Shown: positions 48,994-56,833 of the stretch, in pieces
How positions within the stretch are numbered: position 1 is the first letter of the stretch
Layout: every line of letters starts with the position of its first letter
Assembly (NCBI GenBank): GCA_038244685.1
Contig: JBBRTD010000001.1
Coordinates: 67,009-131,008 of the forward strand
Length of the DNA: 64,000 bases
Source of the DNA: Minisyncoccia bacterium
GTDB lineage: Bacteria; Patescibacteriota; Minisyncoccia; Phycocordibacterales; UBA9973
Direction: 5' to 3'
Program-made: the position numbers and the translations under genes
Notes under the pieces: generated by a model
Told to the model about the DNA's origin: nothing
Databases searched by the model: none
Seen by the model: the letters and a program-made list of their open reading frames with translations, nothing else

Positions 48994-49144
48994 AATTTTA
49001 ATTATATCAAAATTCTAAGGTGATAAATAGATATTAAAAAGAAAAAATCACTTGGATTTTTTCTTTTTAATAAAGATAAATCCAAATGATTTAAATAATG
49101 GGTCGGAGCTGCCTTAATGGTACACTCAAACCCGATGTTCGCTC

Positions 49145-49330
49145 CTACTTCTTCTGGTTTTTATTGTTATCCCAGCCTTCTTTGTAGGACTCTTCATGAC
49201 CCTTGGGTGGATTGTAGGAACCACCAAAAATTTGATCCGCAATTATGTCTGCAGTGGAGCTACGTTCACTACTTTTGCTGGAATCTTTCTGGCCCTGATT
49301 ATGGGCTTCTTGATCATAGTTTTTTGACAT
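49145..49330 (-). CDS. Small hydrophilic protein (61 aa), stress-protein-like composition
   Basis: MSKNYDQEAHNQGQKDSSKSSERSSTADIIADQIFGGSYNPPKGHEESYKEGWDNNKNQKK. Preferred over the overlapping plus-strand Cys/Trp-rich ORF. A terminator hairpin lies 3' at 49036-49072. Confidence 0.4.
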   Translation of the reverse strand: MSKNYDQEAHNQGQKDSSKSSERSSTADIIADQIFGGSYNPPKGHEESYKEGWDNNKNQKK

Positions 49331-49526
49331 GACTATCGTTTTTTACTTTACCGAAATCGTTCCGGCTAACGTCTCGCCCTTAATTGAAACAAGAATACTA
49401 AATATAAAATTGATTATTATACCCACTATTCTTGCTTCAATATTCTCTAAGGTACTTATGTTATTCGCAATATACCATACATTTTGCTATTCATCAAGGG
49501 GTGATAGATTGGGGTAAAATTAGAAT

Positions 49527-49883
49527 TTATTTCCTTAAAACTGAAGATTGGAACCATCGCTCTTGGAAGAAAACCTTAGTCATTATTTCTTCATCAGATA
49601 AATTAATTCCTTCTGGCACAACCACCAGTTTATCATCATCATTATCAGACCTATGGATTATTGCAATTACTTTACCTTTAGCTTTTTCTAATGGTTGATT
49701 AATACCCAAATAATAAGCATCTAGCTCTTCCCCATCAGGAGATAACACACCTTTTATATAGCCATAATTTACCTCGTATATAAAATTGTGTTTGGGATGC
49801 TTTGTACCCAAAGGTCTATCCATAATAACTTCCACTTCTTTTCCAAGAAAAAATTTTGCGAGTTTTAAAGATTCTGATTCCAT
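49527..49883 (-). CDS. Short inorganic-pyrophosphatase-like protein
   Basis: NYGYIKGVLSPDGEELDAYYLG...AIIHRSDNDDDKLVVV resembles the Ppa motifs NYGFIPQT..DGDPLDVLV and DEGExDDKIIAV, but the protein is only 118 aa. Confidence 0.35.
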   Translation of the reverse strand: MESESLKLAKFFLGKEVEVIMDRPLGTKHPKHNFIYEVNYGYIKGVLSPDGEELDAYYLGINQPLEKAKGKVIAIIHRSDNDDDKLVVVPEGINLSDEEIMTKVFFQERWFQSSVLRK

Positions 49884-49916
49884 TTTTTAAATATCGTTTT
49901 AAAAGTAAATAACTAA

Positions 49917-50450
49917 TTATTTAATCCAATCAATTTTTGTTACAGACCCATTCTCATATCCAGGAATATCATAAAAATATTTAGGTTCCCCTCCTTCTTT
50001 AAGCGTCTCAAGAATTCTACCAACTCCAGCATGGCTGACTAATAAAATATTATCAGATGAATCATTTAATTCTTTAATACAAGAAATTACTCTCTCACTA
50101 AATAGTTTGGGGTTTTCGGCACCAGGAGCATTTACTAAATCAGTTGACGTAGCTTCATGGATAGGAGTGCCAGAAAGATCTCCCATATCATATTCTGTAA
50201 TGCGGTCATCAATAATAATTTGAGATATATCAAAGCCTAATTCTACGGCTATAATTTGTGCTGTTTTCAATGCTCTCTTAAGTGGAGAAGAAATTATTCT
50301 ATTAATTTTTAAATTTTCTTTTTTAATTTCGATTGCTGTGGATAAAGCCTGTTCTTCGCCTTTTTTAGTTAGGATAGAATCATCTCTTTGCCCTGCAAAA
50401 GTATGTCGTATATTAGCTTCGCTCTCCCCGTGTCTTACAAAATATATCAT
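49917..50450 (-). CDS. Histidine phosphatase (PGAM/SixA branch), free-standing paralogue of the IleRS-inserted domain
   Basis: MIYFVRHGESEANI (RHG), IISSPLKRALKTAQI, IIIDDRITEYDMGDLSG and ILLVSHAGVGR. Confidence 0.8.
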   Translation of the reverse strand: MIYFVRHGESEANIRHTFAGQRDDSILTKKGEEQALSTAIEIKKENLKINRIISSPLKRALKTAQIIAVELGFDISQIIIDDRITEYDMGDLSGTPIHEATSTDLVNAPGAENPKLFSERVISCIKELNDSSDNILLVSHAGVGRILETLKEGGEPKYFYDIPGYENGSVTKIDWIK

Positions 50451-50462
50451 TTTTCTATTATA

Positions 50463-50521
50463 CTCCCGTTTTCTTAGATTGTAATCAATCTGTTGAAAAC
50501 GCAGTCCAGCGAAGTCGTGGC
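50463..50521 (+). repeat. Copy b of the ~55-nt hairpin repeat (near-identical to copy d)
   Basis: CTCCCGTTTTCTTAGATTGTAATCAATCTGTTGAAAACGCAGTCCAGCGAAGTCGTGGC. Confidence 0.8.
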
Positions 50522-50580
50522 GCCCGTTTTCTTAGGTTGTAATCAATCTGCTAAAATGCAATCCGGGAAGGGCCAAAATA
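50522..50580 (+). repeat. Copy c of the hairpin repeat (tandem to b, tail diverged)
   Basis: GCCCGTTTTCTTAGGTTGTAATCAATCTGCTAAAATGCAATCCGGGAAGGGCC... Confidence 0.75.
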
Positions 50581-50626
50581 GGCTATAAAAGTCGTTACAG
50601 TGAGTTTGGTTATGTTGTAACTTATT

Positions 50627-51133
50627 TTAAAATTTATTAATATCTATATATTTTTCTACAGCATTAACATCATCTAATTGGTAAAGATGATTTCTATCAG
50701 CTAATTCATTTTTATACGCAACTAAATCATAAGGGTTGATTAATGATATTTCTATACCATCAACTACTTTCATTATATTGGGAAATTTACAATAATTATC
50801 TTTTGTTTGAAACCATTTAGTTTGTTCTTTATTACTCATCATAAGGGTATCGATATCAGTTATATCTATCTCCTGACTATTATAGTTAATTGAGAGAGTA
50901 TTACAGTCCCATTTAGCATTTGAATAATGTTTTGGACCAGCAGTTATATAATCAGAAACTTCTGAAACAATAACCGGAAAATACTTCCCTGAAAGAGAAA
51001 TATCTATATCGTTAACTGATCTAGTTGAGCCATATACATGAGCTGCAAATCCGCCACCTATTCTATAGGGTATATTATTTTTATTTAAAATTGAAACTAT
51101 CCATTTTAGAGCATTTATAGTTTTTTCTTCCAT
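50627..51133 (-). CDS. Nucleotidyltransferase, ANT(2'')-like (aminoglycoside 2''-adenylyltransferase family fold)
   Basis: NIPYRIGGGFAAHVYGSTRSVNDIDISL parallels WIGGGWAIDARLGRVTRKHDDIDL of ANT(2'')-Ia. ~168 aa. Confidence 0.5.
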   Translation of the reverse strand: MEEKTINALKWIVSILNKNNIPYRIGGGFAAHVYGSTRSVNDIDISLSGKYFPVIVSEVSDYITAGPKHYSNAKWDCNTLSINYNSQEIDITDIDTLMMSNKEQTKWFQTKDNYCKFPNIMKVVDGIEISLINPYDLVAYKNELADRNHLYQLDDVNAVEKYIDINKF

Positions 51134-51209
51134 AAATTTTATTATATCAAAGTTACAAAGTGATAGACAATTATTAAAAACTAGTTATATAAAATATAGT
51201 TTAATAGTT

Positions 51210-51275
51210 GCTGCCAGACCTGGATTGTGAGTACAATTCTAGAAGTTTACATATTCAGTAAAGCTTTGCTATTCT
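51210..51275 (+). repeat. Direct repeat DR1 related to the tRNA-Gln 3' end (distal boundary of the candidate islet)
   Basis: GCTGCCAGACCTGGATTGTGAGTACAATTCTAGAAGTTTACATATTCAGTAAAGCTTTGC is ~80% identical over ~60 nt to 57413-57474. Its first 16 nt are identical to the complement of the tRNA-Gln 3' end. Confidence 0.6.
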
Positions 51276-51292
51276 TTGTTTAACTTTAAAAA

Positions 51293-51733
51293 TTAAAATT
51301 CTATTTCTCCTACATCGACTGAAGGATATGACTCCTTGTAGCATTCACCACGAGATCCATAATAAGAAACAATGCGTGCAGAAAAATCTACATCATAACC
51401 AATGACACCAGCATCCCAAGAAGTAGAGAGAAACTCTGCAAAAGTGCTCTGTCCTGCTTGGTCATTACGAATAGCTATAATAACTGCTTCTTCATTAAAA
51501 TCAGGAACATTGCTCATGCCACTTATTAATGGAGTACCTTGCTGTACGACTACACCATCTTTCATTACATAAATACTCTGTAACCCTGGCAATGACCATA
51601 GATTGTGTTCTACACCCGCAAGCCTCAAACATTCAGCAAGATATGCGAAACCTCCAATTTTTGGGCGGTGTGCCATTGCGTGCTTCATTGCTATTTGTAG
51701 TTTTTCTTGAGATGAATTCATAAATACAAGCAT
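51293..51733 (-). CDS. DUF1398-like (YbcV-like, prophage-associated) protein; visibly GC-richer than neighbours
   Basis: HRPKIGGFAYLAECLRLAGVEHNLWSLPG...QQGTPL...VPDF...DQAGQSTFAEFL...WDAGVIGYDVDF pattern. Codon usage departs from the local AT-rich norm. Confidence 0.3.
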   Translation of the reverse strand: MLVFMNSSQEKLQIAMKHAMAHRPKIGGFAYLAECLRLAGVEHNLWSLPGLQSIYVMKDGVVVQQGTPLISGMSNVPDFNEEAVIIAIRNDQAGQSTFAEFLSTSWDAGVIGYDVDFSARIVSYYGSRGECYKESYPSVDVGEIEF

Positions 51734-51803
51734 AACATTTTTCTCTTTTAGAGAAAAATCTACATAACTTTTCTATTTAAACCTTACTTAGTTTTAATAA
51801 AAG

Positions 51804-52379
51804 CTAAATTATTTTAATTAACTTAGGTCGTGCTTTTTTCCAATCTTCTTTTAGTAATCCATACATATAAGAATCATGAATTTTACCAGACGCTCTACAT
51901 TTAGTATTCTTTCTTTGCATTCCTTCTAATTTATATCCAACTTTTATTTGAGTAGCATTCGAAGCTTTATTTTCTCTATACACAGAAGATCTTATTTTTC
52001 TTAATTTAAGTTTATTAAATACAAAATCATTAAAAGCTATTTTAGCCTCAGTCATATAACCATTCCTCCAATATTTTCTATTTACCCAAGAACCACTATC
52101 CCCTGTCCCAGAAAATCGATTTATTTTATGGATACCAATAACTCCGATTACTTTCTTTTCAGATTTTAACTCAATAAAAAAAACATATTCATCTGAATTT
52201 TTTGTTTCCCATTTTTTTATCATTCCTTTGATAAAATCCTCGGCATCTTTTCTTTTATAAGGATATGGAACTCTAGATAACCATCTTGAAATTTCAAAAT
52301 CACTAATACCATCAAAAATATCTTTCCAATCGCTCGTCTTAGGCTCTCGAAGTATTAATCTTTTGGTTTCAAGTTTCAT
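51804..52379 (-). CDS. GNAT family N-acetyltransferase (RimL/RimJ-like)
   Basis: LETKRLILREPKTSDWKDIF...VIGVIGI...RKYWRNGYMTEA. Confidence 0.65.
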   Translation of the reverse strand: MKLETKRLILREPKTSDWKDIFDGISDFEISRWLSRVPYPYKRKDAEDFIKGMIKKWETKNSDEYVFFIELKSEKKVIGVIGIHKINRFSGTGDSGSWVNRKYWRNGYMTEAKIAFNDFVFNKLKLRKIRSSVYRENKASNATQIKVGYKLEGMQRKNTKCRASGKIHDSYMYGLLKEDWKKARPKLIKII

Positions 52380-52394
52380 AATTATATTATACTC

Positions 52395-52751
52395 CTATTT
52401 TTTAGTCTTTTTCAAATTTTCAATAACTCTAAATTTAGTAATTCTGTATATTAAATCAAAAGGAATAGGTTCTTCAAACGAAAATTGAACACTCCCTTTT
52501 GACATCTTGTATTTAGATAACTCTTTTTTGAATTTAATAATACTTGAGGGTGCAGGGAAAAATCCGACATGTTTTTTGAACCCACCGAAGTGAACCAAAT
52601 TACCATTCAACCTAAAGGTGGGAATACCATAGCTAATCACCTCATCTGCATTAGGTGCAGCTTTTTTAATTGTGTTTCTTACTTTATTTAAAATATGCTG
52701 AATATCTTTAGGAAAATTTTTTATATAATTATCGATATCGCTACTTTTTTT
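52395..52751 (-). CDS. DUF1801 (YdhG-like) domain protein
   Basis: NYIKNFPKDIQHILNKVRNTIKKAAPNADEVISYGIPTFRLNGNLVHFGGFKKHVGFFP. Likely start at MKKSSDIDNY. Confidence 0.4.
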   Translation of the reverse strand, partial: KKSSDIDNYIKNFPKDIQHILNKVRNTIKKAAPNADEVISYGIPTFRLNGNLVHFGGFKKHVGFFPAPSSIIKFKKELSKYKMSKGSVQFSFEEPIPFDLIYRITKFRVIENLKKTKK

Positions 52752-52832
52752 CATAAATATAATTATACCAAAACAATAGTTAGAACGCTTGCTGGCAGTT
52801 TGGGTCAACGTCGGAACTTATTTAATAGAAAA

Positions 52833-53543
52833 TTAATACTTTTTACTTGAACGTAATTTTCTTATTTCACTAGAAGTTATGAATATTGAGCTGGCACATA
52901 ATGGAAGCATCGCCATTAAAGCCCTTATTCTACTTGTTGTATATTTATAATCTTTATTATTTTCAGTTAAAGTTTCACTCATGTCTAGGCAATGTATATT
53001 TTGTGAATATTGTCTGTATACATTGTTGTACCACCTAGAATTTTTTGTTAATCTTGCTCTCTCATCGATTTTACAACCAAACAAACCATTAGTCTTTATT
53101 TTTTTATATTCTTCTTTAGTAAAATGACTTTTTATTTCTTCCATACCCTTATCCCAATTGGGAAACTTTTTTGAATATTCCTTATCCCAATCAACGGTTA
53201 CAACTAATTTATTTTTATGAGCTATTTGGGCTGCTAAAATTCTAAAAAAAGCATTATCTTTTTCTTTACTTATTAAGAGTAATAAGTAGTCTAAATTTAT
53301 TTTGATTTCCACTAACACTCTCATTAATATTTGAGCATCGGAGACTTGTCCTACATATGCTAATCCCAAGATTGATTCAGTAAGGCTACTTGTCCTAAGG
53401 ATAATACTTTTTAAATACATATCTGGTAAAGGATTTTTGTTCTGTGGGATTTCAATTTCATTAGCAAATTCTAATCCAGATTTTATAATATTCTTTATTA
53501 GAGTTAATTCTTTGATTTTAACGGCATCATTTATTTTTTTCAT
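52833..53543 (-). CDS. Hypothetical protein (236 aa; soluble, helical)
   Basis: ORF only. No motif assigned. Confidence 0.4.
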   Translation of the reverse strand: MKKINDAVKIKELTLIKNIIKSGLEFANEIEIPQNKNPLPDMYLKSIILRTSSLTESILGLAYVGQVSDAQILMRVLVEIKINLDYLLLLISKEKDNAFFRILAAQIAHKNKLVVTVDWDKEYSKKFPNWDKGMEEIKSHFTKEEYKKIKTNGLFGCKIDERARLTKNSRWYNNVYRQYSQNIHCLDMSETLTENNKDYKYTTSRIRALMAMLPLCASSIFITSSEIRKLRSSKKY

Positions 53544-53582
53544 AAATATTTAATTTAAATGGATATATTACACACCGTTGTC

Positions 53583-54335
53583 TTATTTATTTTTTTTAGA
53601 AAATAAATTTTTGACAGCCTTCTTGCAAGTAGAAATTAATTTTTTGCCGTTAGTTTCAAGATAATCTATCCAAGAAAAGATTGCTCTATCTATAAATAAT
53701 CCACCAATTACAAGACAAATAAGAACAGTATATATATAGGATAAATTATTATAATTTATACTGCTTTCATATGCCCACTTCAGGTTTATATATGTAAATA
53801 CAGCTAAAGAAATTGCATGTAATAAAACATCAGAGTTTATATTTTCATTAGTGCTTTCTACTCCTTCTTCTTCCCACTGACTACTCATTCCATTTCCATT
53901 ATCTTCTCTTTTTGAAATAGCCTTTTTGTACCAATCATTATTTATTGGTAGATAATTATAGTGCCAGTCTCTTCTTCGTTTATAGCCACGTTTGTCATAA
54001 GACCATATTATTCTGTCTACAACTAAGCTTAATAATGCAATTATCACTACTAACGTACATAAAACATAAAACCATTTATATTGTTGTAAAAATGGTAAAT
54101 ATTTTTCGATTTCTTTTAGACACATGATTAATACTATAAGGATAGAAATAGTAAGAAAAGTTCGATTAATTTTTGATGAATGTTCTTGTGGTTTAAAATA
54201 TATATAACGACCAAATGCTTTGTAAATCACATACATTAAAATGTAAATAACAGCCAGGTGAAACATAGTTGCTTCATGAAGTAACACATTTTTTAATTCA
54301 TCAAAAGATAGTAGAAATAAATTTTCATTTAACAT
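53583..54335 (-). CDS. Hypothetical polytopic membrane protein
   Basis: ORF with 5-6 hydrophobic segments. Confidence 0.4.
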   Translation of the reverse strand: MLNENLFLLSFDELKNVLLHEATMFHLAVIYILMYVIYKAFGRYIYFKPQEHSSKINRTFLTISILIVLIMCLKEIEKYLPFLQQYKWFYVLCTLVVIIALLSLVVDRIIWSYDKRGYKRRRDWHYNYLPINNDWYKKAISKREDNGNGMSSQWEEEGVESTNENINSDVLLHAISLAVFTYINLKWAYESSINYNNLSYIYTVLICLVIGGLFIDRAIFSWIDYLETNGKKLISTCKKAVKNLFSKKNK

Positions 54336-54348
54336 TTTTTATAATTTA

Positions 54349-54873
54349 TTAATTATTAATTAAAATACCACTAAGAGCATTTAGTAGAGAAGCAACTATT
54401 CCTATAATTGCAACTGTTTTATATTTTTTACTTTCTTTTGGAAAATTATTAGAAAACTCCAATGTAGCAAAACTTGTTAGAATTCCAAGAGGTGGAAGCA
54501 GCCATGTTAAAATGTTTGACCAAACAATCCATTGTATCAGTGTTATATTTATATTTTTTCTTTTTAAGTACCATTTACCAAACCATTGTCCAATATAGTA
54601 AGCACCGAAGAACATTAAAAGAACAAGTAAGCCAAGATATTTACCGATGAGCATACCACCTATTATACTTACAAAAGAAACTACATAACCAATTATTGTT
54701 TTAAAAGTATTGGTCATTTTTTTTGATTCCTTTTTTTCTGCCACTGATGGTGTTTTTTCTTGTTCTTGTTCTTTATTAATTATCTTTATTCCATTTCCAC
54801 ACGATGAACAAAAGTTAGCTTCTCCTTGAATTTTATTTCCACAATTTTGACAAAACATATTTATTATAAGCAA
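54349..54873 (-). CDS. Zinc-ribbon (N-terminal CxxC-x10-CxxC) membrane protein, paralogue 1 (4 TM)
   Basis: MFCQNCGNKIQGEANFCSSCG, then 4 TM segments. Confidence 0.55.
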   Translation of the reverse strand: MLIINMFCQNCGNKIQGEANFCSSCGNGIKIINKEQEQEKTPSVAEKKESKKMTNTFKTIIGYVVSFVSIIGGMLIGKYLGLLVLLMFFGAYYIGQWFGKWYLKRKNINITLIQWIVWSNILTWLLPPLGILTSFATLEFSNNFPKESKKYKTVAIIGIVASLLNALSGILINN

Positions 54874-55418
54874 TCTGCTTTATTAAATGATACAAAATAG
54901 CTTTGTGCTATATTTTCGACTGTATATGAATATTCCATATTAATATCACGATTAAGTAAATTTTTTGTTGCGTCATTGCCACAAACACTTTTTTTTAAAT
55001 AAACTTTAATTGTTTCATCTGTCACACCTGTTGTATCAACATTTGTAAGAACAGCATGATAACGAATTGCATTTGTTTCTGCTGTGATATCTGTCAACAT
55101 TGTTGAATCATCTAATTTAGTAGGTAATACCATACTTGATTTTGTTTCTTTAACGGCTTGAATAATTAATTCTTCTTTTGACTGAGAACTACTACTTATA
55201 GAGGAATCTCCTTGAATTAAATATTTACCAACCCCTATAGCTAATAAAAAAACAACCACAGAGACTACACTCATTAAAGTAGATTTAATTCCTTTTTTGG
55301 GTTCTTCTGAGATTATTTTTGCCTCTTCCTTTTTTGATTCTTCTTCTACTTTTTGACCACACTTAGAACAAAACTTAGTATTACTATCAAGTTCAGTATT
55401 ACAATTTTTACAAAACAT
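54864..55418 (-). CDS. Zinc-ribbon membrane protein, paralogue 2 (1 TM + ectodomain)
   Basis: MFCKNCNTELDSNTKFCSKCG, then one TM and a Ser-rich ectodomain. Its 5' leader is near-identical to that of paralogue 3. Confidence 0.55.
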   Translation of the reverse strand: MFCKNCNTELDSNTKFCSKCGQKVEEESKKEEAKIISEEPKKGIKSTLMSVVSVVVFLLAIGVGKYLIQGDSSISSSSQSKEELIIQAVKETKSSMVLPTKLDDSTMLTDITAETNAIRYHAVLTNVDTTGVTDETIKVYLKKSVCGNDATKNLLNRDINMEYSYTVENIAQSYFVSFNKADCL

Positions 55419-55468
55419 ATAATTATTTCTTATGATAAAAATTTAAATGACTAATTCAAATTAAAATA

Positions 55469-55978
55469 CTATAAACCATTCTGCCTTAAGCACATTTCAT
55501 ATTCTTTCTCTGTGGCTTCTGTAACATTTGTTTTTTCGGATTGTGGAAGTCTCTCTTTTGTATCCTTTTCTAATAAAAAACATTTAACTGACTGTAACCT
55601 ACCATTCCCTTGATACTCACCTCCAGTTCCGCATTTTTCATCGTATACTTTTTTATTTATATCGGCTTGCTCTTTTATAATACCTAAATCAGCAGGAATT
55701 ACTTCTGTAAACCAAGAACACCCTTTTTTTATATTAGATGGTCTTATTTGAACCCAATAAAAAGTAAATCCAATTATTAAAATAATAGCTACTATTACTA
55801 ACCCCAAAATTGAATGTTTATTTTTTATAAATTGTTCTTCTAAACTAGATTCTGGAATTTGAGATAATTTTCCTTCTTTAACTATATTAACATCAGCAAT
55901 AATTTTAATTTCTTTTCCGCAACTTCTACAAAATTTTGCCTTTTCTTCATTTTCAGTTCCACAATTTTTACAAAACAT
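55469..55978 (-). CDS. Zinc-ribbon membrane protein, paralogue 3 (1 TM + Cys-containing ectodomain)
   Basis: MFCKNCGTENEEKAKFCRSCG, then one TM and an ectodomain with 4 Cys. Confidence 0.55.
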   Translation of the reverse strand: MFCKNCGTENEEKAKFCRSCGKEIKIIADVNIVKEGKLSQIPESSLEEQFIKNKHSILGLVIVAIILIIGFTFYWVQIRPSNIKKGCSWFTEVIPADLGIIKEQADINKKVYDEKCGTGGEYQGNGRLQSVKCFLLEKDTKERLPQSEKTNVTEATEKEYEMCLRQNGL

Positions 55979-56011
55979 AGAATTATTATTTATGATAAAT
56001 ACTTTGAATGA

Positions 56012-56815
56012 CTAATTCAAATGAACATATATTTTCCTTTCTCTTATTTTAGAGGCCTCAGCTAATGCATCTGAAATTTCTTTTAAGTGTGAATGTATCA
56101 TTTCGTTAGAAATATGCATAGTATTAAAACCATTTTTGTGAGAATAATAACCTCTATTTAAATCAGCTACGATTTGATGGGGATTCGTTAGATGTTGAAT
56201 TCCATCAACTTCAACATTTAATTTTGCTCTAGGGATTGCTAAATCTATATGCTTATGTCCATCATCTAATTCTAGATATACCCTAATGCCAAGTCTTTCT
56301 AGTGCATCTTTTAAATTATAAGCTTCTTTTGTTGGGCTTGGCTTCTTATGAAAAATTCTTAATGTATTATTTTTATCTAAATAATTTTTTATTAATTCAA
56401 TATCTTTAAAATCTTTTTCCCTTCCTAGTGCTTTTTTAAATTTGCAAAGCTCTTCAAGATTCATAAAAGGAATATCTTCTATTATTTTAGCTGATAAAAT
56501 CGCTTCTTCAACTGTTGTATTATATTTATCCCAATTTAATTTAGGGATAATCTCAAAAATATCTTTTTTTAAATGAATATTTCCATATCTTAATTCCTCT
56601 TCCCAATCTCCTGTACTCTTTAATATTGTATGTAATTTTGCAGTAATGGCTATATCGATATCAATAGCATCTCGAATATTAAGAACATCTAATATGCCGC
56701 TTCCAACAACGACATATTCTCCATATGGAAAATTTAATGATTTAATTTTTTCTATTATGTTCATTTTTATAAAAACACAATTAAGCAAAGAATATCGACT
56801 TTCTCCTAAATTCAA
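56012..56815 (-). CDS. Fusion protein: N-terminal nucleotidyltransferase-fold domain + C-terminal DUF559 (Vsr-like endonuclease fold) domain
   Basis: YVVVGSGILDVLNIRDAIDIDIAI (NTase GS...D.D). C-terminal HIDLAIPRAKLNVEVDGIQH (DUF559-like ...E.DG.QH). Alternative start MNIIEKIKSL at 56764. Confidence 0.4.
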   Translation of the reverse strand: MNLGESRYSLLNCVFIKMNIIEKIKSLNFPYGEYVVVGSGILDVLNIRDAIDIDIAITAKLHTILKSTGDWEEELRYGNIHLKKDIFEIIPKLNWDKYNTTVEEAILSAKIIEDIPFMNLEELCKFKKALGREKDFKDIELIKNYLDKNNTLRIFHKKPSPTKEAYNLKDALERLGIRVYLELDDGHKHIDLAIPRAKLNVEVDGIQHLTNPHQIVADLNRGYYSHKNGFNTMHISNEMIHSHLKEISDALAEASKIRERKIYVHLN

Positions 56816-56833
56816 TTTTTCATTATCATGAAA

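Noticed and set aside
49117-49698. Plus-strand ORFs 49117..49332, 49329..49517 and 49432..49698 from the six-frame track
   Set aside because: Cys/Trp/His-rich, compositionally implausible products. They overlap a better minus-strand ORF and its promoter/leader, so they are likely shadow ORFs.
50463-50580. Possible CRISPR array (repeats begin GTTTTC and end GAAAAC, partially palindromic, two tandem copies)
   Set aside because: Only two adjacent units exist. The conserved unit is ~55 nt, with a conserved tail in copies b and d. The implied spacer of ~22 nt is too short. The other copies are solitary and one is inverted. No cas genes in the window. Treated as a dispersed repeat family instead.
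48562-50580. Integron attC sites flanking a gene cassette
   Set aside because: The repeat lacks the R''/L''/L'/R' core arrangement (no RYYYAAC ... GTTRRRY pairing at the ends). No intI-like integrase or attI is present.
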